From Amphiscolops sp. MND2022 (lineage: Eukaryota), in assembly GCA_964187785.1 (NCBI GenBank), contig OZ076409.1, positions 45,510,001 to 45,574,000 on the forward strand: a DNA stretch of 64,000 nt, written 5' to 3'. Numbering within the stretch: the stretch's first letter is position 1; every line of letters begins with the position of its first letter. The translations under genes and the position numbers were made by a program. Below, one piece after another: positions 12,577-24,200 of this stretch. The notes below the pieces were generated by a model that was not told the DNA's origin, ran no database searches, and saw only the letters and a program-made list of their open reading frames with translations.

Positions 12577-15500
12577 AAGAAAAAACGTCCAAACTCTGGA
12601 AAAACAACTAAAATTGATGAAGATACCTCTTAACACCGATAAAACAGCTGCAATCAATGCGTAAAGTAGAACTAGGCCTTAGTTCATCAAATTAATGTGA
12701 TTTCAGGCGATTCCACCACCATTGTGCTACTATCAAAATAAGGACTAAAATTAAAGAAAAAAGGCCCAAATACTGGAATACCGGCTAAAATCGATGCTTA
12801 CAAAACACTTAGGCCTTGGTTTAGCAAATTAAAGTGATTTCAGATGTTATTCCATCACTGAAAAAATTTTTCCAAAACAAGGACTAAAATATAAGAAAAA
12901 AGGTCCAAACTCTGGAATAACGACTAAAATCGATGAAGATACGTCTAAACAACAGAAAAACAGCTAAAATCAATGCGTGAAGTGATTTTAGGCGATTCGA
13001 CTACTATAGTGATTTTTTCAGAACAAGGACTGAAATTAAAGAAAAAAGGTCCAAATTCTGGAATGACAACAAAAATCAATGAAGATACGTCTAAACACGG
13101 GAATAAAGGCTAACATCAATGCTTACATTACAATTAGGCCTTGTTCTACCAAATTAAAGTGATTTTAAGTGTTATTCCACCATTGAAAAGGTTTTTCTAA
13201 TACAAGGACTAAAATTCAATGAAAAAATCCAAACTCTGGAATAACGACTAAAATCGAAGAAGATACGTCTAAACACCGGAAAAACAGCTGAAATCAATGC
13301 TTACAGTACAATTAGGCCTTATTGCACCAACTTAAAGTAATTTTAGGTGTTATTTCACCACTGAAAAGATTTTTCCAATAAACAAGGACAAAAATTCAAG
13401 AAAAAAGGTCTACACTCTGGAATGACGACTAAAATCGATGAAGATACGTCTAAGCACGAATAACGGCTAACCTCAATGCTTACAGTACAATAAGGCCTTG
13501 TTTTACCAAATCAAACTGATTTTAGGTTTTCTTTCACTACCGAAGTGATATTTCCAAAACAAGGACTAAAATAAAAGAAAAAAGGTTCAAACTCTGGAAT
13601 GACGACTAAAATCGATGAAGATAGGTCCAAACACTGGAATAACGGCTAAGATCGATGCGTACAACAGAATTAGGCCTTAGTTTATCAAAGTAGAGTGATT
13701 TTAGGCGATTTCAATACTATAGTGATTTTATCAGAATAAGGACTAAAATTTAAGAAAAACGGTCCAAACTCTGGAATGACTACAAAAATCGGTGAAGATA
13801 CGTCTAAGCACGAATAACGGCTAACCTCAATGCTTACAGTACAATAAGGCCTTGTTTCACCAAATTAAAGATGTTTTAGGTGGTATTCCACCACTGAAAA
13901 GGTTTTTCCAAAACAAGGTCTAAATTTGAGACAAAAGGTCCAAATTCTGGAATAACAATTAAAATCAATGAGGATACATCTAAGCACCGGAAAACAGCTG
14001 GAATCACTGCGTACAGTAGAATTAGGCCATTGTTTATCAAATTGAAGTGATTTTAGGTGTTATTCCACCACTATAATGATAGTATCAGAATAAGAACTAT
14101 AAACAATGAAAAAAGGTCCAGACACTGGAATATGGGCTAAAATCCTTGCCTACGGTATAAATTGGCCTTGGTTTACCAAATTAAAGTAACTTTAGGTGTT
14201 ATTCCACCACTGAAATGATTTTTCCAAAACAAGGACTAAAATTTACGAAAAAAGGTCCAAACACTGGAATGACAACAAAAATCGATGGATATACGTCTAA
14301 ACATCGGAAAAACAGCTAAACTCAAAGCGTACATCAGAATTAGGCCTCAGTTTATCAAATTAAAGTATTTTTAGGTGTTATTTAACCACTGAAAAAAATT
14401 TCCTAAAACAAGGACTAAAATTCAAGAAAAAAGGTCCATACTCTGGAACAACGACTAAAATCGATGAAGATACGTCTAAACATCAGAAAAACAGCTAAAA
14501 TAAATGCGTAAAGTAGAATTAAGCCTTAGTTTATCAAATTGAGGTAATTTTGGGCGATTCCACTACAATAGTGATATTATCAGAATGAGGACTAAAATTA
14601 AAGAAAAAAAGGTCCAAACACCAGTATAACAGCTAAAATCAATGCGTACAGTGTAATTAGGCCTTGGTTTACCAAATTAAAGTAACTTTGGGTTTTCTTC
14701 CACCACTGATATGATTTTCCCAAAACAAGGACAAAAACTAACGCAAAAATGTCCAAGATCTGGAATAAAAACTAAAATCGATGAAGATACGTCTAAACAC
14801 CGGTAAAACAGCTATTATAGGTGCTCACAGTACAATTAAGCCTTGTTCTACCAAATTAAAGTGATTTTAGGTGTTATTCCACCACTGAAGTGATTTTTCT
14901 AAAACAAGGACTAAAATATAAAGAAAAAAGGCCCAAACTTTGGAATAACAACTAAAATCAATCGTGATACGTCTGAACACTGGAATAAAAATTAAAATCA
15001 ACGCGTACAGTAGAACTAGGCCTTTGTTCATCAAATCAAAGTGATTTTAGGCGTTATTCCACTACTATAGTGATTTTATCAAAGTAAGGACTAAAATTGA
15101 AAGAAAATGGTCCAAACTCTGTAATGACAACAAAATCGATGGAGATACGTCTAAACATTGGAATAACGGCTAAAATCAATGCGTAGAGTAGAATTGGGCC
15201 TTATTTTGTCAGATTAAAGTGATTTTAGGCGATTCCACCGCTATAGTGATTTTATCAGATTAAGGACTATAATTAAAGAAAAAAGATCCAAACACTGGAA
15301 TAACGGCTGAAGTCATTGCGTACAGTATATTTAGGTCTTGGTTCACCAAATTGGAGTAACTTCGGGTTGTATTTTACCACTGAAGTGATTTTTCCAAAAC
15401 AAGGACTGATATTAACGAAAAAAGGTCCAGACCCTGGAATAACAACTAAAATCGATGAAGATACGTCTAAACACCGGTAAAACAGCTATTATAGGTGCTC

Positions 15501-16799
15501 ACAGTACAATTAAGCCTTGTTCTACCAAATTAAAGTGATTTTAGGTGTTATTCCACCACTGAAGTGATTTTTCCAAAACAAGGACTAAAATATAAAGAAA
15601 AAAGGTCCAAATTTTGGAATAACAACTAAAATCAATCGTGATACGTCTGAACACTGGAATAACAATTAAAATCAACGCGTACAGTAGAACTAGGCCTTTG
15701 TTCATCAAATCAAAGTAATTTTAGGCGTTATTCCACCACTAAAAGTATCAGAATAAGGACTATGAATAACGAAAAAAGGTCCAAACACTGAAATAACGGC
15801 TAAAATCAATGAGTACAGTATAATTTGACCGTGGTTTACCAAATTGAAAGTGCAAGTTTTATTCCGCCACTGAAATTAATTTTCCAAAACAAGGATCAAA
15901 ATTTAGGAAAAAAGGTCCAAACTCTAGATTGACAACTAAAATCGATGAAGATAGGTTCAAACACTAGAATAACGTCTGAGATCAATGCGTACAGTATAAT
16001 TGGGCCTTGGTTTACCAAATTAAAGCAACTTTAGGTGTTATTCCTCCACTGAAGTGATTTTTCCAAAACAAGGACTAAAACTTGAGAAAAAAGGTCCAAA
16101 CTCTGCAATAACAACTAAAATCGATGAGGATACGTCTAAACACCGAAAAACCGCTAAAATCAATGCGTACAGTAAAATTAGGCCTTAGTTTATTAGATTA
16201 AAGTGATTTTAGGGGTTATTCCACCACTATTATTATCAGAGTAAGGACTATAATTAACGAAAACAGGTCCAAACACTGGAAAAACGGCTAAAATCAATTC
16301 GTACAGTACAATTAGGCCTTGTTTTACCAAATGAAAGTAACTTTAGGTGTTATTCCTCCACTGAAGTGATTTTTCCAAAACAAGGACTAAAACTTACGAA
16401 AAAACGTCCAAACTCTGCAATAACAACCAAAATCGACGAGGATACGTCTAAACACCGAAAAACCGTTAAAATCAATGCGTACACTAGAATTAGGCCTTAG
16501 TTTAATAAAACACTGGAATAACGGCTAAAATCAATCAGTACAGTATAATTTGGCCGTGGTTCACCAAAATAAAGTAACTTTAGGTGTTATTCCACCAGTG
16601 AAGTGATTTTTCCAAAACAAGGAATAAAATTTAAAAAAGGTCCAAACTCTGGAGTGACGACTAAAATCAATGAAGATAGGTCCAAACACTAGAATAACGT
16701 CTAAGATCAATGCGTACAGTATACGTGGGCCTTGGTTTACCAAATTAAAGTAACTTTAGGTGTTATTCCTCCACTGAAGTGATTTTTCCAAAACAAGGA

Positions 16800-19700
16800 C
16801 TAAAACTTACGAAAAAAGGTCCAAACTCTGCAATAACAACTAAAATCGATGAGGGTACGTCTAAACACCGAAAACCCGCTAAAATCAATGCGTACAGTAA
16901 AATTAGGCCTTATTTTATTAGATTAAAGTGATTTTAGGCGTTATTCCACCACTATTATTATCAGAGTAAGTACTATAATTAACGAAAACAGGTCCAAACA
17001 CTAGAATGACGGCTAAAATCAATGAGTAAAGTATAATTTGACCGTGGTTTACCAAATTAAAATGATTTCAAATTTTATTTCACCACTGAAATTATTTTTC
17101 CAAAACAAGGATCAAAATTTAAGAAAAAAAGTCTAAACTCTGGAAAGACAACAAAAATCGATAAAGATACGTGTAAACACTGGAAAAACGGCTAAAATCA
17201 ATTCGTACAGTACAATTAGGCCTTGTTTTACCAAATTAAAGTAACTTTAGGTGTTATTCGTCCACTGAAGTGATTTTTCTAAAACAAGGACTAAAACTTA
17301 CGAAAAAACGTCCAAACTCTGCAATAACAACCAAAATCGACGAGGCTACGTCTAAACACCGAAAAACCGTTAAAATCAATGCGTACACTAGAATTAGGCC
17401 TTAGTTTAATAAAACACTGGAATAACAGCTAAAATCAATCAGTACAGTATAATTTGGCCGTGGTTCACCAAAATAAAGTAACTTTAGGTGTTATTCCACC
17501 AGTGAAGTGATTTTTCCAAAAAAAGGAATAAAATATAAAAAAAGGTCCAAACTCTGGAGTGACAACTAAAATCAATGAAGATAGGTCCAAACACTAGAAT
17601 AACGTCTAAGATCAATGCGTACAGTATACGTGGGCCTTGGTTTACCAAATTAAAGTAACTTTAGGTGTTATTCCTCCACTGAAGTGATTTTTCCAAAACA
17701 AGGACTAAAACTTACGAAAAAAGGTCCAAACTAAGGTGCAATAAAAACTAAAATCGATGAGGATACGTCTAAACACCGAAAACCCGCTAAAATCAATGCT
17801 ACAGTAAAATTAGGACTTAGTTTGTTATTGTAAAATGATTTTGGGCGGTATTCCAACACTATAGTAATTTAATTAGAATGAGAACTGAAATTAAAGAAAA
17901 AACGTCCCAACTCTGCAATGACAACAAAAATCGCTGAAGATACGTCTAAGCATCGGAATAATGGCTAAGCTCAATGCGTACAGTACAATTAGGCCTTGGT
18001 TCACCAACATAGTGATTTTAGGTGGTATTCCACCACTGAAAATTTTTTTTCCAAAACAAGGACTAAAATTCAAGAAAAAAGGTCCAAACTCTGGAATGAC
18101 AACAAAAATCGATGAAGATACGTCTAAACATCGGAAAAGCAGGTAAACTCAAAGCGTACAGCAGAATTAGTTCTTAGTTCATCAAATTAAACTGATTTTA
18201 GGCGTTATTCCACCACTATTATGATAGTATCAGAATAAGGACTATATTTAAAGAAAAAAGATCCAGACACTGGAATAACGGCTAAAATCATTGCGTACAA
18301 AAGAAATTGGCCGCGGTTTACCAAATTAAAGTACCTTTAGGCGTTATTCCACCATTGAAGTGATTTTTCCAAAACAAGGACTAAATTTTACGACAAAAGG
18401 TCCAAACTCTGGAATGACAACAAAAATCGATGAAGATGCGTGTAAACACTGGAATAACAGCTAAAATCAATTCTTACAGTACAATTAGGCCTTGTTTCAC
18501 CAACATAAAGTGATTTTAGGTGTTATTCCACCACTGAAAAAAAATTTCCAAAACAAGGACTAAAATTCAAGAAAAAAGGTCCAAACTCTGGAATAACGAC
18601 TGAAATCGATGAAGATACGTCTAAACATCGGAAAAACAGCTAAAAAAAAGCGTAAAGTAGAATTAGGCCTTAGTTTATCAAATTGAGGTAATTTTAGGCG
18701 ATTCCACTACTTTAGTGATATTATCAGAATGAGGATCAAAATTAAAGAAAAAAGGTCCAAACACCAGTATAACGGCTAAAATCAATGTGTACAGTGTAAT
18801 TAGGCCTTGGTTTACCAAATAAAAGTAACTTTGGGTGTTCTTCCAGCACTGAAGTGATTTTCCCAAAACAAGCACTAAAACTCACGAAAAAAGGTCCAAG
18901 ATATGGAGTAAAAACTAAAATCGATCATGATACGTCTAAACACTGGAATAACAGCTAAAATCAACGCGTACAGTAGCACTATGCCTTTGTTCATCAAATC
19001 AAAGTGATTTTATGCGTTATTCCACCACTATAGTGATTTTATCAGAGTAAGGACTAAAATTGAAGAAAATTGGTCCAAACTCTGTAATGACCTTAAAAAT
19101 CAATGAAGAAACGTCTAAACACTGGAATAACGGCTAACATCAATGCTTACACTACAATTAGGCCTTGTTTTACCAAATTAAAGTGATTTTAGGTGTTATT
19201 CCACCACTGAAATATTTTTCTATTACAAGGACTAAAATTCAAGAAAAAAATCCAGACTCTGGAATAACGACTGAAATTGATGAAGATACGTCTAAACACC
19301 GGAAAAACAGCTAAAATCAATGCGTAAAGTAGAAATAGGCCTTATTCTGTCAAATTGAAGTGATTTTAGGCGATTCCACTACTATAAGGATTTTATCAGA
19401 ATAAAGACTATAATTAAAGAAAAAAATGTCCAAACACTAGAATAACGGCTAAAATCAATGCGTACAGTACTCTTAGGTCTTGGTTTACCAAATTGGAGTA
19501 ACTTTGGGTGTTATTTTACCACTGAAGTGATTTTTCCAAAACAAGGACTAAAATTTACGAAAAAAGGTCGAAACTCTGGAATGACAACAAAAATCAATGA
19601 AGATACGTGTAAACACTGGAATAACAGCTAAAATCAAATCTTACAGTACAATTAGGCCTTGTTTTACCAACATAAAGTGTTTTTAGGTGTTATTCCACCA

Positions 19701-22700
19701 CTGAAAATTTTTTTCCAAAACAAGGACTAAAAATTAAGAAAAAAAGTACAAACTCTGAAGTGACGACTAAAATCGATGAAGGTAGGTCCAAACACTAGAA
19801 TAACGTCTAAGATCAATGCGTACAGTACAATTAGGCATTGGTTCACCAACATAGTGATTTTAGGTGTTATTCCAGCACTGAAAAAATTTTTCCAAAACAA
19901 GGACTAAAATTCAAGAAAAAAGGTCCAAACTCTGGTATGACAACAAAAATTGATGAAGATACGTCTAAACATCGGAAAAGCAGCTAAACTCATAGCGTAC
20001 AGCAGAATTAGGCCTTAGTTCATCAAATTAAAGTGATTTTAGGCGTTATTCCACCACTATAGTGATAGTATCAGAATAAGGACTATATTTAAAGAAAAAA
20101 GATCCAGACAATGGAATAACGGCTAAAATCATTGCGTACAAAATAAATTGGCCGCGGTTTACCAAGTTAAAGTATCTTTAGGCGTTATTCCACCATTGAA
20201 GTGATTTTTCCAAAACAAGGACTAAATTTTACGACAAAAGGTCCAAACTCTGGAATGACAACAAAAATTGATGAAGATGCGTGTAAACACTGGAATAACA
20301 GCTAAGATCAATGCTTACAGTACAATTAGGCCTTGTTTTACCAACATAAAGTGATTTTAGGTGTCATTCCACCACTGAAACTTTTTTTCCAAAACAAGGA
20401 CTAAAATTTAAGAAAAAAGGTCCAATTTCTGGAATAACAACTAAAATCGATGAGGATACGTCTAAACACCGAAAAACCGCTAAAATCAATGCGTACAGTA
20501 AAATTAGGCCTTATTTTATTAGATTAAAGTGATTTTAGGCGTTATTCCACCACTATTATTATCAGAGTAAGTACTATAATTAACGAAAACAGGTCCAAAC
20601 ACTGGAATGACGGCTAAAATCAATGAGTACAGTATAATTTGACCGTGGTTTACCAAATTAAAATGATTTCAAGTTTTATTTCACCACTGAAATTATTTTT
20701 CCAAAACAAGGATCAAAATTTAAGAAAAAAAGTCTAAACTCTGGAAAGACAACAAAAATCAATAAAGATACGTGTAAACACTGGAAAAACGGCTAAAATC
20801 AATTCGTACAGTACAATTAGGCCTTGTTTTACCAAATTAAAGTAACTTTAGGTGTTATTCGTCCACTGAAGTGATTTTTCCAAAACAAGGACTAAAACTT
20901 ACGAAAAAACGTCCAAACTCTGCAATAACAACCAAAATTGACGAGGCTACGTCTAAACACCGAAAAACCGTTAAAATCAATGCGTACACTAGAATTAGGC
21001 CTTAGTTTAATAAAACACTGGAATAACGGCTAAAATCAATCAGTACAGTATAATTTGGCCGTGGTTCACCAAAATAAAGTAACTTTAGGTGTTATTCCAC
21101 CAGTGAAGTGATTTTTCCAAAACAAGGAATAAAATTTAAAAAAAAGTCCAAACTCTGGAGTGACAACTAAAATCAATGAAGATAGGTCCAAACACTAGAA
21201 TAACGTCTAAGATCAATGCGTACAGTATACGTGGGCCTTGGTTTACCGAATTAAAGTAACTTTAGGTGTTATTCCTCCACTGAAGTGATTTTTCCAAAAC
21301 AAGGACTAAAACTTACGAAAAAAGGTCCAAACTAAGGTGCAATAAAAACTAAAATCGATGAGGATACGTCTAAACACCGAAAACCCGCTAAAATCAATGC
21401 TACAGTAAAATTAGGACTTAGTTTGTTATTGTAAAATGATCTTGGGCGGTATTCCAACACTATAGTAATTTAATTAGAATAAGAACTGAAATTAAAGAAA
21501 AAACGTCCCAACTCTGCAATGACAACAAAAATCGCTGAAGATACGTCTAAGCATCGGAATAATGGCTAAGATCAATGCTTACAGTACAATTAGGCCTTGT
21601 TTTACCAACATTAAGTGATTTTAGGTGTCATTCCACCACTGAAATTTTTTTCCAAAACAAGGACTAAAAATTAAGAAAAAAGGTCCTAACTCTGGAGTGG
21701 CGACTAAAATCCATGAAGATAGGTCCAAACACTAGAATAACGTCTAAGATCAATGCGTACAGTACAATTGGCCTTGGTTCACCAACATAGTGATTTTAGG
21801 TGGTATTCCACCACTGAAAATTTTTTTTCCAAAACAAGGACTAAAATTCAAGAAAAAAGGTCCAAACTCTGGAATGACAACAAAAATCGATGAAGATACG
21901 TCTAAACATCGGAAAAGCAGGTAAACTCAAAGCGTACAGCAGAATTAGTTCTTAGTTCATCAAATTAAAGTGATTTTAGGCGTTATTCCACCACTATTAT
22001 GATAGTATCAGAATAAGGACTATATTTAAAGAAAAAAGATCCCGACACTGGAATAACGGCTAAAATCATTGCGTACAAAATAAATTGGCCGCGGTTTACC
22101 AAATTAAAGTACCTTTAGGCGTTATTCCACCATTGAAGTGATTTTTCCAAAACAAGGACTAAATTTTACAACAAAAGGTCCAAACTCTGGAATGACAACA
22201 AAAATCGATGAAGATGCGTGTAAACACTGGAATAACAGCTAAAATCAATTCTTACAGTACAATTAGGCCTTGTTTCACCAACATAAAGTGATTTTAGGTG
22301 TTATTCCACCACTGAAAAAAATTTTCCAAAACAAGGACTAAAATTCAAGAAAAAAGGTCCAAACTCTGGAATAACGACTGAAATCGATGAAGATACGTCT
22401 AAACATCGGAAAAACAGCTAAAAAAATGCGTAAAGTAGAATTAGGCCTTAGTTTATCAAATTGAGGTAATTTTAGGCGATTCCACTACTTTAGTGATATT
22501 ATCAGAATGAGGACCAAAATTAAAGAAAAAAGGTCCAAACACCAGTATAACGGCTAAAATCAATGTGTACAGTGTAATTAGGCCTTGGTTTACCAAATAA
22601 AAGTAACTTTGGGTGTTCTTCCAGCACTGAAGTGATTTTCCCAAAACAAGGACTAAAACTCACGAAAAAAGGTCCAAGATATGGAGTAAAAACTAAAATC

Positions 22701-24200
22701 GATCATGATACGTCTAAACACTGGAATAACAGCTAAAATCAACGCGTACAGTAGCACTATGCCTTTGTTCATCAAATCAAAGTGTTTTAATGCGTTATTC
22801 CACCACTATAGTGATTTTATCAGAGTAAGGACTAAAATTGAAGAAAATTGGTCCAAACTCTGTAATGACGTTAAAAATCAATGAAGAAACGTCTAAACAC
22901 TGGAATAACGGCTAACATCAATGCTTACACTACAATTAGTCCTTGTTTTACCAAATTAAAGTGATTTTAGGTGTTATTCCACCACTGAAATATTTTTCTA
23001 ATACAAGGACTAAAATTCAAGAAAAAAATCCAAACTCTGGAATAACGACTAAAATTGATGAAGATACGTCTAAACACCGGAAAAACAGCTAAAATCAATG
23101 CGTAAAGTAGAAATAGGCCTTATTCTGTCAAATTGAAGTGATTTTAGGCGATTCCACTACTATAAGGATTTTATCAGAATAAAGACTATAATTAAAGAAA
23201 AAAATGTCCAAACACTAGAATAACGGCTAAAATCAATGCGTACAGTACTCTTAGGTCTTGGTTTACCAAATTGGAGTAACTTTTGGGTGTTATTTTACCA
23301 CTGAAGTGATTTTTCCAAAACAAGGACTAAAATTTACGAAAAAAGGTCGAAACTCTGGAATGACAACAAAAATCAATGAAGATACGTGTAAACACTGGAA
23401 TAACAGCTAAAATCAAATCTTACAGTACAATTAGGCCTTGTTTTACCAACATAAAGTGTTTTTAGGTGTTATTCCACCACTGAAAATTTTTTTCCAAAAC
23501 AAGGACTAAAAATTAAGAAAAATAGTACAAACTCTGGAGTGACGACTAAAATCGATGAAGGTAGGTCCAAACACTAGAATAACGTCTAAGATCAATGCGT
23601 ACAGTACAATTAGGCCTTGGTTCACCAACATAGTGATTTTAGGTGTTATTCCACCACTGAAAAAATTTTTCCAAAACAAGGACTAAAATTCAAGAAAAAA
23701 GGTCCAAACTCTGGTATGACAACAAAAATTGATGAAGATACGTCTAAACATCGGAAAAGCAGCTAAACTCATAGCGTACAGCAGAATTAGGCCTTAGTTC
23801 ATCAAATTAAAGTGATTTTAGGCGTTATTCAACCACTATAGTGATAGTATCAGAAAATTAACTATTTTTAAAGAAAAAAGATCCAGACACTGGAATAACG
23901 GCTAAAATCATTGCGTACAAAATGAATTGGCCGCGGTTTACCAAGTTAAAGTATCTTTAGGCGTTATTCCACCATTGAAGTGATTTTTCCAAAACAAGGA
24001 CTAAATTTTACGACAAAAGGTCCAAACTCTGGAATGACAACAAAAATTGATGAAGATGCGTGTAAACACTGGAATAACAGCTAAAATCAATTCTTACAGT
24101 ACAATTAGGCCTTGTTTCACCAACATAAAGTGATTTTAGGTGTTATTCCACCACCGAAAATTTTTTTTCCAAAACAAGGACTAAAATTCAAGAAAAAAGG
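16800..24200 (+). repeat. Tandem block duplication of ~3.6-3.8 kb within the satellite; boundaries approximate
   Basis: Private markers recur at offset 3601: CTAAGGTGCAATAAAA at 17731/21332 and the deletion junction TTTAATAAAACACTGG at 17405/21006. The offset becomes 3778 (ORF markers 18678/22456) after one extra monomer near 21.6-21.8 kb. Confidence 0.85.
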
